A stretch of 64,000 bases of DNA. It comes from Podarcis cretensis (Eukaryota). The notes below the pieces were generated by a model, which was not told the DNA's origin, did no database searches, and was given only the letters and a program-made list of their open reading frames with translations. A program made the translations under genes and the position numbers. Position 1 is the stretch's first letter; each line of letters opens with the position of its first letter. Of the stretch, positions 1 through 12,509 are shown piece after piece. The stretch lies in the NCBI GenBank assembly GCA_951804945.1, contig OX638157.1, forward strand, positions 48,298,001 through 48,362,000. The letters are read 5' to 3'.

Positions 1-3000
1 GAGTGTACATATTTCATAGACTGCAAAGCAGAAAGAAGAGCGTGAGAGAATGATAAGCCTGAGTTATAACCGCAGAAGAGGTTACAACAGCGGCAGGAAC
101 GTGGCCATCCGTTTATTTTCCACTGTCAAGGGCAACTCCATTCACAGGAAAGAGACACAGTCCAGTTAAAAAGGGTCCCAGTTTTCAAGTCCAAAAGCAC
201 TTCCACCGCCCATGGTAGGGCTGGACTGCAACCTTACTTGGAAGTCATTCGCTTTATTTCAACGGAATCTCCTTCCACGCATAACTGGGATCGCAGTTTA
301 ATGTTGCAAATCTCCTGGACTTATTGCCAAGCGTCAAAGACAGGCGTAAAAATCAATGATACGCGCGTTTTAAACGGCTGCGGGGCTGGAGGGTGTAAGG
401 AAATCCGAATAGTTTGACAGTGTAGGGTCTTGCAAACGCGATCCCCCTGCCCGTGCTCACTCATAAGAGAACCCATTGAAGTTCCATGGGGCTTACACAT
501 ATAGGGATCCCCAAGTGACATGCGGATCGCAGCCAGAGGAGGCCAGCGAGACGCTCAGCGCGTCATTCTGACGTCAACTTTGACGGAGAGGCTCGCCATC
601 GTTATCTGGCTCGAAGGAAAAAGCGCTGTAAATTTCAGGAACAGGGCTGGGGTGGTAGAGTGAGCAATTCCACGGAACATGTGACAAATCCACAACACAG
701 AGAAAGCTCACGGAAGAACTACCGACAAGGGCGATCGATCCCAGTGCTCGAAATACACCCTATTAATTCCTAACACGTTTTCTTTCCAGTTCCTACTACT
801 AACGCCATCTGCTGTTTTTGGAATAAGTACCGAAGAAAAAAGGAATGAATGAAAGGAACGAAAAGCCTTCTTTTTCAAGCCTGACCTCTTTACCTAATCA
901 TCTAACAAAAGTAAGATTATAGGAATCCTGGAATACATCCATATACCCCATTCCATAAAGTATAATCTTTAAGACTGCGGAATTTTCATGGATTATCAAC
1001 TCAGTCCGATAGACGTCTTCTAAGCAGCAATCGCTTTGAGTTCAGTAGGGTTTACGCCCAAGTAATTGAACTGAACACAAGGGTTGTTTACAACAGCATT
1101 GAAATTCCTTTAACAGATGTATGTCCGCGAGTGTCTGGTGCTTATGGGGGTGGGGGTAGTTCTCATGAACTATGATTAGGGGAACTTCAGCTTGTAATTG
1201 ATGGGTGCGTTGCGTAGATTAGGCTGCAGTCCTCTCGTCCGGGGTTAGAAACCTGCGGATCTCCATTTGTGGTTGGACTCCAACTCCCATCAACCTCAGC
1301 CAGCGTGAGTGATAGTCAGGTATGATGAGCCAAATTAATGGTGGGTCACATGTTTCCTACCCCTCCGCTATAGGACTTCAGGCAAGTCCTCGCAGCTCGT
1401 CTGTTACAATTGAAGGTACCCTATAGCTCATGAGAACTGTCCCTCATCACCGCCAAACATGTACAGGCGTAAGTCTGTTAAAGAGGTTTCAGTGCTGGTG
1501 TAAACAGTCCCTGGTTCAATGCAGACAAGATAATTTTCAACCGAGGGAAATAGTGATTTCAGAGAATTTGTTCTGTCATTAAATGTATTCCAACCCCTCA
1601 CTTCCACTGAGGAGCTTCAGTGTGAGTTTGGTAATGGTAGGCCCTGTTCAGACTAGTGGAGACTGATTTCCATGCAAATGTAAATCAGCAGTAAAATAAC
1701 AAGTGTCTACTATACTAGTACTACTTAAAACAAGCTATTCTGAAATATGTGGACAGGAGGAAACTATCTGTAGTAAACATGCAAGCAAATCAACATTATC
1801 TTGCATTCCTAGGGTATTTGAAGCGCCCTCTTGAGCACAAAATATATATTTGGAAGCATATATTCCAAATATTTGGAAGCATTTCAAATTTGAAACGAAT
1901 GGTACCTCTTCCAAGCAGATGTATTTGGAACAAGAGTTGTAAGAAGAAATATGTGGAAAGGATAGTGGTACCCCAAATTGGACAGGCTCTCTTTTAAGTT
2001 ACTTTTGGAAATCTAAGATGTGGGTTGTACATTGAATGAAATCCAGGTACTTTATTCCAGCTGTGAAAGCGGAAGGCCGTGGAGAGGGAATATATTGCGT
2101 GGATTGAAATAGCAAACGGTCCACACATTTATATCTACATATTAAATCTAAGACCGGGCAAGCTGAATGGGAGAGACACATAGTACAATTCTAATATGTG
2201 TTGATTTGGAAGACCCACTCTGCTGAATAGGGTTTTCTCTCTCGTAATATATATATATATGTATCTTGTGAACCACCCTGAGATCTTCTGATGAAGGGCG
2301 GTATAAAAAATTAATAAAGAATAAAGTAAATAAATGAATAGGCCTGTAATAATTCAGACTTTCGCCAGATTGTGGACAATAACCCCGGAGCGCCAGGACC
2401 TCAGCAGTTATCCTGAGCTGCATCTTGTCCACAAACGTAGCTCAAAGGTTAAAGTAAGATATATTCAAATAACTTTGCATGTTGATGGAGAGAGAGACGA
2501 AAAGATGGCCCCAAACAAAAACAACAACAAAACATACTGGTTGGTCGGCCTTCGATGGCAGATTCTGAAATCCGATTCACGCAGCTGAATCAGGGCCTTT
2601 TTCTAGTGTGCAGCTTTTAAACAGAATCTAAAGGGATATGAAGTCAGCACGTAAATATTGTGGATAGTTATTCTTTTCACTTCTTCAGGCTGTGATGCAC
2701 TGCGGCTTGAGCTTCCCCGCAGGAAAATGAAAAGCAAATAGCGCATTCTCAGCGGCTCCCAGCAAGGGCCGACCTCCTAAAACTTTGCATTTCCCACCTA
2801 TTTCAATGCAATCCACTTCCAAACAAGCAAACCTTCAGATTCCCAACCTACAGTTTACCCCTACACAAATAAACGATTTTCGCGGGCTCTTAAAATAAAT
2901 CACCGCAGCACGGCTGAAGCTGTAGAGAGAGCAACACCCCATACTGAAGACATTATAGATAAGTGAAGTCCCATTGAAATCAAAGGGAGCTAATTCCAAG

Positions 3001-6000
3001 CAAATGTGTTTAGGATCGGAGCGCCTCCCTGCAATCTGGAAGCCAGCTACTCTCGCGTAGCTCCAGTTGCCTATTTAAAACAAGTGACGGGAAGGAACAG
3101 AGTCCAAAAGGCACATTCCTGTCCCACATTCACATATGTGAGATGCTCACCCGACAGAAGTCAGAGGGGCTTCATTCTCTCAATGAAGGGCCGCCTTGTT
3201 AAAGAAGTCAAACAGTAGATTCCACGGCCCAATCCTGCGCGCGTTTGCTCTGCCGGCCCCACTGAAGCCCGCAAGGCTGGAGCTCAAGAAAGCGTGCAGA
3301 GTACTGCAGCCTTAAAACTATTCCAAATAATCCTTTCAAAACAAAACAGGGAAAGTAAGTAAAGATAATTCACATTAATAAGGAATATGTTCTATATGCC
3401 TTCCAAACACGATTCTTTTCTTTATGCTAGTAAGGGAAAGGAGAGGCGAATGCTAGTTTTGAAGGCCATGATGGAGAATTAAACACACTTGTGAGCTATA
3501 CTGTATCTGAAAACATTAAACACCATGGCATATGCTACTATCACTTTTTTTTAAAAAAAGTATATTCCATTCTCGCAAAACTGTTGCCCACAAGCAGAAT
3601 ACATTTGCATGGAAGCGAGTCCCTAGGGAGTTAATGCTGCACGCCAATGCTAGAGGATGGGGTGCAACCCAGGTTCGCACGTGTTTACCCCCAAGTAAGT
3701 GATCATAGACAGGCTTACAGGGCGATCCGCAGCCGAGAAAAACCATCCAGGGATTTCAATTATAATGTGGACTGTTTCCTGGTCCCATTGCACTGGGCCA
3801 GAAAACCAAATCTATTTCGAGGCAATTTGCTTCCCGAAAAATGTATTCGGGATCATGAGGCTAATGACCGCAGCCTGGCGTGGCGTCTCATCCTGGGAAG
3901 ATTTGCTGGGAAGCAAAAGTCCCACGGATCAGATCAGAATTCCTTGCCTTGTTCACTGTAGAAAGTCGCCCTCGCCACAACCCCCCAGATTTCTGCGTCA
4001 ACACGCAGGGGGATGGCTCTGCGAGGGTGATCTGACGGAGGCTACCAACCCGATCCTATGCATGTTTACTCTCAAGTGAACAAACGCGCCTAGCAGAGAG
4101 GGGAGTGGGGTCTCCTCGAGGATTAAAGAAACTTCAGTGAAACTCCCGCCTTGCATCCAGGCGCTTCGTCCTCTCTGCGATGCGCGTTTCCAAACCAGCT
4201 GCAGAAGATTCTCGCCTTGGCTGTGGCTCATTCATTAATTTCCCCTCTCGGATTACCTACCAAATAGTTGCTGCGGCCTCTTAAGCCATTATTGCCAGCC
4301 AGGAGGCGACGCGAGAGACAAGGATCCTGATCTTTTTCTCAGGCCTCTCTATCTCTTTCCTCCCTGTGGCGCTGGTTGCGCAGCGGTTATCATCCCAGGG
4401 AAGGGAGTGGGGGGTGGACAAGGCGACGGAGAAGTTCAGGCCTGACCTTAGCGAGAACTTTACAGATAGAGAGGGAGAGAGAGACGTTGCCAGGCTCGTC
4501 CCCAGTTCCCAGCGAGTCGCTGCCCGAAAGGACCACGTCCCAAGAAGCGAGAGAGGGCCTTATCAGGCTCGCAGCTCCCGCGCAGCGATCTGGGGCCAGG
4601 GCTCCTGACATCCCAATCGACCATCAATTTACCTTCCACCGCCCCGCTTCCCCATTTAGCTTTTAACGTCAAAAGCTACATTTTTGTCGGCTCCGGCCTG
4701 TCTAGGGCTCTTGCGATTTAGCTCCAGGAATGATTGCTCCTGAGAAAATAGCAACAGCCCCATTACCGAGCAATTAAAAAGGATCTCTCCCCCCCACCCT
4801 TTCCCTCTCCCCCTCTTTCCCCTCTTAACCCTCGCCCGCCCACCCGCCATCACCTTTCAGTGGGTCCGATGGCCCCACTCGTTTAGACAAAGAGAGGGAG
4901 GAGGAGGAGGACTGGAAGCCAAAAGTCCTATTGATCATCTGGTGGAAAGGGGAAAAAATGTCGGTCAGTCAACCTGGTCTGTTTCTATGGTTGAGATCCT
5001 CCGCGCACACTTAGAAATACCTCTTCACGGAAGTCAGAGGATTTCTTGGGTTTGTGGGGGGGGGGGGGGCTTGTTGTCTGAGAGCTTAGATCGCTAGCGA
5101 TCGGTACACAAATTTAAGGCCTGGCCCGGCAGACACTGTTATTATTATCGTGCTGGACTCTTATTTCTAGCACCAGGGGTCGAAAATAGTGCAACCGAGC
5201 TAGTATCTATGATTACTTGGAAGTCAGCGCCGCGGATTTCAGTTTATCAAGTAAACGTGGGTAGGATTGCAGTCTCAAAGCTCTTGACTTTGGGTGGGAT
5301 CCTGACGATTCTGTAGCGTCTTTCGATTCTAGGGTGGGGGAAGCTTTAAAGTAATGCATAAACATGTTCACACGGAGTTAACAGTTTCTCTCTAATACCA
5401 CCTAAGCGACTGGATGATCGACTATTTCGACAATACGACGGGCCTTATTCCCTAGGAAGAGTGGCAATGGTGACCCTGTGAGCTCGTGTGTACACGTGTG
5501 TGAGAGAAAGCCTAGATCGCTCAAGTATGCTCTCTACTGCAAACAAACAAGTGCAGGTTTTCCTTTTCTGCTGCTGTTTGGGAAGGAAGCGTTGAGAAGT
5601 TTGAATGAGGAATAATTTATTCATTAAACTGGGGGGTTCCTAAAAGAAGAGGTGGTGGTGAAGAATCAACCCTTAAGCACTCGCCGCAGCCTCGGGACAT
5701 AGACCCGCTTCTTCTAAAATCCTGGTTCAAAGCACTGCGTGGATGTAACATAACATAGCGCAAACATAACATAGAAAGACTTGCCAGTCGATATTCTGGG
5801 CCAGAAATCTACAAACACGCGAGGACGGGCGGCGTCTGGGAGTGGGAAGTTTGCGCGATCCTTGAACCAGTTGTTTCTCTTTTCTATCCAGAACTTTGGA
5901 TAGCGTTGAGCACGATCTACGAAAAATCGTATTGGGTTGGAAAGGAGAGATTGGATCCAGCTACAACAGCAGCTGGAGCTAACTTTTTTGAAAAGAAAAG

Positions 6001-6935
6001 TGTGAGGTGGTGGTGGTGGTGGGGGGTAGAGGGAATGTTCATTCCCAGGCAAGTGTCTGTAAACACAGCTCTTCCAAGCCTCAGCTACCTGACCCCGGGA
6101 CTGGAAGAGGGCACACCACGTTGGCCTCGTTGTTGTAACCTCGCAACCTTCCTGTTGTCAAGGCGGCCTGGCCAGCGGTGTAAAAGGCCCCTGCTTATCT
6201 TTTTATGGGCAGCTGGAAATCTACCTTCTCTCTTCGTCAGAGCACGGCCAGGGCGAGCCATTTAAAAGAAAAGAAAAGGGGGGGGGAGGGTTTCAAAAAA
6301 CAACAGCCACGCACATCAGAGACATCTGGGGCAGAGCCAGCCAGCCTGCACGGATGTCTTGTTCCATTCACGCCGGGAGCCCGGGGGCTACAGATCTATA
6401 AAAGTGAGCTCGGGAGAAAGAATGAAAAATCCTCTCGCTTAACCTTGAAAGCCCGATTAAGACCCAAGCAAGCTTCCGCAGGGGACAAGCTTAAACCCCA
6501 CGCAAAACGACGGACGCCATTCGGTTCCTAAGTCCTCAACCTCAACTGCGTTAGCGCCGCTTATGTTTTCAGGCCGGTCAAGAAAAGGCTGAAAAGAAAA
6601 CTCAGGACTGAGCAGCAGTATTGGGAAATTTTGGGCAATGCTGTTGCGAAGAGGGAGCGAGGTCCTTTGAAAAGGGACGACAATGACGGGGTTTTTCTAT
6701 TTCGCGATACCAGCGTTTCTTCGGGTTGTTAGAAGCCAGCGGCGCCTTATCGAGGCAGTTTTTAGCCCTGGTCAGTTTCAAGGAGCTTCAAGGCAGGGGA
6801 GTCTGTTTCCCGGCCTGGTGGCGTTTCCATCCCAGATATGTTTCGGTAGAACAAGCCCATTTTATTCTCTTCCTCGCTCCCCTTAAGAACATTACAGAGC
6901 CCAATTCGGAAGCCCTTGCCAGAGTAGGATTACAC

Positions 6936-6937
<2 letters not shown>

Positions 6938-6971
<34 letters not shown>
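6938..6971. repeat. (AC)n microsatellite
   Basis: Direct reading. Confidence 0.95.
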
Positions 6972-6973
<2 letters not shown>

Positions 6974-7804
6974 TAAATAAATGGACTCGCTGCAGTCAAT
7001 TGGAAGGAAAAGTGCACCCCAGGAGAGTTTTAGGGAACCACAAAGTTAATATACAGGTCACCGTATCTCACTGTAAATCTTGCATTTCTCCCCTTTCCGA
7101 AATCCCTAGCCTTGCTCCCTGTTTCATACTTGACATAAAGCTCCAAGTTACATAATCACTTACACGGTATACCGAGGTTTCCTAAACCATCTTTGGCCTG
7201 GCCCCAGCCAAAGCACTAGGGCGCTTCCGCAGCACAAACCTCTCCCTACAACGCCCTGCCGGTTGCCACCTCTGAATACAACACGCCGAGAAAAACAGCT
7301 CGCTCCGATAAGCACGAAATAAATATCCAGATTACCTCCCGTCCGCAGTATCCTCCCCCATTCGCAAGCAAACACCTTTAGAAATCACTAAATTATTACA
7401 GCTTCAGTAAAACTAAACAACCTCTCTCTCTCACTCCTCAGAGAAAACAAAGCAAATTTTGTTTCTGACTTGATCTAGTGCTCTACTACGGCCCATATAA
7501 AGTACTATAAAAATATCAACCTGAGAAATAGTATTTGGCCCAGTGTAAATGCTTCCCTGCCCCCTGAGCACGGGTAGAATTTACTTCCGCGGAAACGTGG
7601 TCAGGATCGCAGCCAAAGTCTCGGGGGAAAAAACATCTCCCGCCTTTGATATTTCTCTTTTACCCTTTCACCAGGGTCAAAACTAAAGGCATAAGCTTGC
7701 TACCCCAATTCCTATGCCGCGCGTTTACTCGGAAGTAAGTTTCACCGCTTCCAACGAGGCTTTCGCAGGCAACGCCAGCCCACAGGATCTCACCTTGATA
7801 TGTC

Positions 7805-7860
7805 ATCCTGGCCATTTACTTCCAAATGTTAGCTAACGTTTGGAAGTAAATGACCAGGAT
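7805..7860. repeat. 56-bp loopless palindrome
   Basis: ATCCTGGCCATTTACTTCCAAATGTTAG|CTAACGTTTGGAAGTAAATGACCAGGAT has 2 mismatches over 28-bp arms. Confidence 0.95.
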
Positions 7861-7947
7861 TACAATAGCAAAACTCAGGAAGGAAAGGGGTTAAAAAACA
7901 TTTCAAGGCATCGAACATTTTCGTTTTAGAAAACACACACACAGTGG

Positions 7948-7953
7948 TTTATT
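7948..7953 (-). terminator. Polyadenylation signal AATAAA of HAND2
   Basis: Plus-strand tttatt; the minus strand reads AATAAACCACTGTGTGTGTGTTTT, ~700 nt after the stop codon. Confidence 0.7.
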
Positions 7954-8435
7954 GAATACGTACAGCGTTTACACCTTTGCGTTATTAAATTCAGCTCCAC
8001 GGACGATTCGTTTTTACTTTTATTTTAATTTTTAACGTTCGGTTCGCTTCCTTAAGGACCGAAGTGCACTTGAACAAAAGAGCTGTCGCAAAATCTCTCC
8101 CAGCTCTCTGAGCGACCACAATGGGGAAAAGGACAAACCTGGGAAGCCCCGGACTCGGCCCAAGACGCAGAAATTGTGGGCTCCTGCTTTGAGATCGCCA
8201 TCAACACGTTGACCCAACGGGGCAAGTATTAAACACATACACTTCACATGACACCCTAATGCCTGCGAGATTTCTTTCTTTCTTTTTGTCCCGTGTGTTC
8301 TATACAAATAAAGCAAAAATAACATTCAATGAAGGGGAGAGAGGAGGAAGGAAGGGGAAAAACAAAACAAAAAACTATGGAGACGCCATTATCCCCCTTA
8401 CCACGCCGGAGTTTTCTTCTTCATATATTCAAATA

Positions 8436-8442
8436 TGGAATG
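8436..8442 (-). promoter_or_regulatory. miR-1/206 seed site (CATTCCA, 7mer-A1) in the HAND2 3' UTR
   Basis: Minus strand reads GAAGAAAAGCATTCCATATTTG. Hand2 is an established miR-1 target in mouse heart. Confidence 0.75.
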
Positions 8443-8508
8443 CTTTTCTTCCAAGATCCGCGGTTTTTTGGGTTTTTTTTTTTTAAAAGGCGAGACTAGG
8501 GGAGGGAA

Positions 8509-8515
8509 ATTGCAC
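8509..8515 (-). promoter_or_regulatory. miR-25/92 family seed site (GTGCAAT, 7mer-m8) in the HAND2 3' UTR
   Basis: Plus-strand attgcac. Hand2 is a reported miR-25 target in mammals. Confidence 0.65.
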
Positions 8516-8650
8516 ATAAATAAACCAGACGATTCCAAAACAACAACAACAACAAGTCCTCAGCTCGGCAGCGGCTCTCTCGAAGGCGCAGAGTCCCCCG
8601 GCCAGACGAGGCTTCTTCGGGCGCTCCTTCCCTGCAGTCCTGCGAGCGCC

Positions 8651-8749
8651 TCATTGCTTGAGCTCCAGAGCCCACACGTGCTGCGGCCAGCCCGTCCTGC
8701 CTTTCGTCTTTTTGTCGTTGCTGCTCACTGTACTTTTCAGGATCTCGTT
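8651..8749 (-). CDS. HAND2: HAND2 coding exon 2 (NEILKSTVSSNDKKTKGRTGWPQHVWALELKQ*)
   Basis: Manual minus-strand translation gives the conserved HAND2 C-terminus. Acceptor AG is at 8751-8750 after a pyrimidine-rich tract; TGA is at 8653-8651. Confidence 0.98.
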   Translation of the reverse strand, partial: NEILKSTVSSNDKKTKGRTGWPQHVWALELKQ

Positions 8750-11700
8750 CTGTTCCGGGAGAGGAGACGGAGAAGAGAAACAAAGAGATTATCCCCCTGC
8801 GTTTTATCTGGGTTAACCTCCTCCCGCCCGCACCTCTTTGGCAGGAGGGAGGCGTAAAAGGAGCCTCGGTACGTTTGCTGAGAGGCCTCGGAGCAGAGCA
8901 GACCAAGCGCTTCTTCTGAAACGGGCTTTCTCGCAAAACGTGGAGGGATCAGATCCACACACAACCCAGCTAGGGCTGCGGAGTTGGTGCAATGGAGTAC
9001 GCTTCCCTGAGCCTTCTGAGCAGCCGCTGTGTGTATAGGATCGCCTGAGGAGCCGGGTGCAACGCAAAAGCGCAACCCTTGGGAAGGAAAGCGGCTCCCA
9101 CGGCGACCCAAAACGCGTATACTCAGTTAAAGGCCTTGGAGTTCTGTGGGGTTTACGCCCAAGCGAAGCTTGCACTGAATTGTAGCCTCATCTATAGTAT
9201 AGTATTTGTTGTGGCCTGCTTATTTTTCCAGGCTTAACGGTTTTCTGAATCGGCTTCCTCTCCAAACGCGAGCGAACAGACTGTTAAGTGCTTCTCCAAA
9301 TATAGGATGAACTTTATTTTAACTATAAAAGACTTTCATATTTGCAGGCGTTGGATACACACTTTAAAGCAAAGCAAAGCAAAGAAAAAAAGTCCTTCGG
9401 CTCACTGAACAGCCCAATAGTGTATAAGCTACCCAGAATCTCAGGTTGCTGGACAAATGGCCTGTGAGGTTGTGGGATATGTGTCTAAGTAAACAATGAA
9501 CCTACAAAATAAATCAGCTCCCCCAAACGACTTTGCATCTACTCATTCATCATTCTTCCCCCCACATCTCAATACTGTCTACACAATAACTCTCTCTCTC
9601 TCTCTCCAACTGAATGGAAAACGAATAGATTTAAAATTCCCCTATATACACACGTGTTGCACATGTTTACTGGTTATAAATGGCCAAGTCACAAGGAAGG
9701 ATAAGACCCAGGGGTTCTTCTTGGAGACGACAGTCACCAGAGCCTGCTTGTAACCTTCCTGTATTTCCAATGAAGTCCCGTCCAAGGCAATGAATGCCCT
9801 CACCCCGGTATCCCCAATGAAGGAATTAATGGATGAGATGTGCTGTTTAGCCTCGCCCTCCCCCCCATGTTAACTTAGACCCTGAGCAGACCTGGAAGCA
9901 CCGACCGATGGTTTTCTTGTGAAATAGACATGCTTAGGATCTGAAAGTACTGATCTACTGAGTATTGTATATGGGCAATATCCGAGTCCCAAAATACTTG
10001 GAAATATATTTCCACCACCACCCCTTAGGGGATCGTCTCTTTCGAATATTGTGCACTCAAACCTTTTTTTAAAAAAAATCCAGTTCAGAGTGCTAAATGC
10101 AATTATTTGGATATACCACCTATTTTAACGGAAGATGTTTCCTAGCGCTTTAAGATAACACAGCAAATGTATGGAGTCTACTTTGGATTTTTATTTTATT
10201 TTATTTTATTTTATTTAAAAATGCATCCCAAGTGTTTTTGTTCAGGATTGTTTGTAACCTTAACCATTCTAATCCGGGTTGAGATTCAGTTTTTAGCTCT
10301 TGGTCCCTTAGCAACTGCTGGTTTTTTTTTAAAAAAAACATCCTTCCCGATTATATTTAAAGAAAAACAGAAAACTTGTGATTGTAACCGGTTTCCTCTT
10401 CCCGCTCGCGATTAACTAGGCGTATTCTATAGGTTAAATTTTTGGAGGAAAGGAAGAGGGCATGATATTTTGAATTATTGGTGGAAGGCGGAGCTCGCCC
10501 TGCAGTACATTTGCCTGATAAGTTCAAAGTAAATAGAACCTTCCTGACTTACTGTGTGATCAACGCGTAGCTCAGGAACTCCAGTTAAAGGGTTCAGTAT
10601 TACTATGTGACCTGCAGATTACAGCCTTATGAGGAAGTGGGTTCCAAACACACACAACCCTCCGCTGGACTGCAGCCTGCAACAGCACATCTGAAACCCC
10701 ACTGATCTTTTTTAATGTGTGTGTGTGTGTCCTACTCCTTCCCCAAAGGGATCTGTCTTTGTCGACGTTTCTTTAAACCGCAGGCTCTCTCAGGAGATTT
10801 GCTGGCTGGGGCCTCAATCCACAACTCATCAGTTCCAATCCACAACTCACTAATTTAAAGACAATCCCGTTTGCTTTAAGGGAGAGTCCCTTGAAATCAG
10901 CGACTTGTCGATTAGGAGAGCGAGCCGGTTAGAGTTTAGCTCAGAAAGCGGAGCCGGGACATTTCCACTCGGATCCGCAACTGAGGGCGAAAGCGAAAGG
11001 CTGGCATTGAAACCGACTAGAAATTTGTCCCTAGCATCAAGGGAGTCTCTTGTGACATTTTGGTTACTCTAAGAAAGGCATTGCCCTAACGTGGATTTTG
11101 GAATTTGTTTCCAAATGGATACGTTTGAAAATGGTCCCTTAGGTTTTCACGGCGACTTTACTTTCGAAGGGAGTCTGCGTTTAGGGTCAAGCGTTTAGGG
11201 ATGGCCTCTGAAACAGCTTCAGTCCAAAGCCTACCAGTTTAACCGGTTTGCGGAGCTTTTGCCTATGCTGCAGAAATTAAAATCACTCAAGAGGCTGGTT
11301 CAGGTGAAACGAATGGGGTTTACGGGCATCTCCCACCCCCAATAAAGGCCGGGGTCCTTAAATTTAGAGCCTCAGAACAATGTTCCAGCGAAGTCAGTGG
11401 GAAACACCCCATTCCGTATGTTTTGAAGGGCCAAGAAGGATTACTTTGGGATAGCGAAGAACAATCTCTCTAAACCAGTTTGTGTCTCCCCTCGCCCCGC
11501 GATGTTGCTGAACTACAAAGCCTTGGCCCTGCTGGCTGAGGCTGCCGGGAGCTGTAGCCCCCCACCCCTGCCCTAAGGCCTCTCAAGTCGGAGAAGGAAA
11601 GTGATGGAGTGGCTCCCGCTTGCGCGTTCCCTTCCTGGAATCTTCCACGGATTTACGGATTCACAGCCTTTCTATCAAATAAAGAACGTGTGTGCAAGAG

Positions 11701-12509
11701 GGAGCCTGTAAACGACTCGGGTCCTACCTACTGTGATCCCATCTGGAAGAGGATAGGGAAGTTTTTCACGTGTCGAACACGTTGGTTTCCCACAGCCCAG
11801 AGAGCAACCTTCGCAGGCTGCGATCTTCCGTGGGTATGAATGGATTTGGAGCTCAAGCCAACGCTTTAGCAGAGGCTGCCCTCAGAATATTTCCTTGGAA
11901 ATTAAATCCCATGGAAAGCAAGGACACGGGACGCTCCTTTCCCCCACAATAAGGTGGAGGCAAACCTTCCACAAGTTAACGGGATTTCCCCAAAAGCAAC
12001 TAACTGCGTTCTTAGGTACACCCTACTGGTTTCAGTGGAGCGTTGCTCCCCTTCGAGAAGCTTAGATCTCCCTTTCCATTCCATTCTCTCGGAACGTAGC
12101 CTTGATCCTAGACGTGTTTGCACTTCACTGGGCTATGCTTTTCAGGGGCTCCACGAAGTCCTCTTTGGACACACTTTCCCTAAAGTACAGGGGCGGGAAA
12201 CCTGTGGTCCTCCACGGCTTGATGGGCTACACCTCTTATTCCCAACACCCTTGACCATTGGCCATGGGGCCGAGGAAAACTGCATTCCGACAGTAGCTGG
12301 CATAGGAGGAGGAGGCCGCCTCCCTCTTCTTGACTGCTAAGGAAGCAGACTTGGAGAGCAGCTACTTCTGGGGGAAAGAAGGCCCTGCTCCCAACTCAGG
12401 AGAAGAGCGTCCTTCTTGGGACTGCGCTTAGGAGTGTGTGTGGTTGTGCTCCAGCGCTCCCTCCCCACTCCTTCCCTCCCTCCCTCCCTCCCTCCGGGGC
12501 CGTACTGAC
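8750..12509 (-). other. HAND2: HAND2 intron (3,760 bp, GT-AG)
   Basis: Canonical splice sites join EL|NE in frame, at the same position as the single intron of mammalian HAND2. Confidence 0.95.

Larger units (their letters stand above)
7925..8650 (-). other. HAND2: HAND2 3' UTR (3' end approximate)
   Basis: Lies between the stop codon and AATAAA, which is followed by a GT-rich stretch on the minus strand. Confidence 0.75.

Noticed and set aside
8435-9175. Cluster of overlapping 120-146 aa ORFs around exon 2
   Set aside because: GC-rich, stop-poor sequence. Only the 33-codon exon 2 frame matches a known protein.
12396-12509. ORF continuation [12 protein letters not shown]... after KKEL
   Set aside because: This is intron read-through; the true C-terminus is in exon 2 at 8749-8651.
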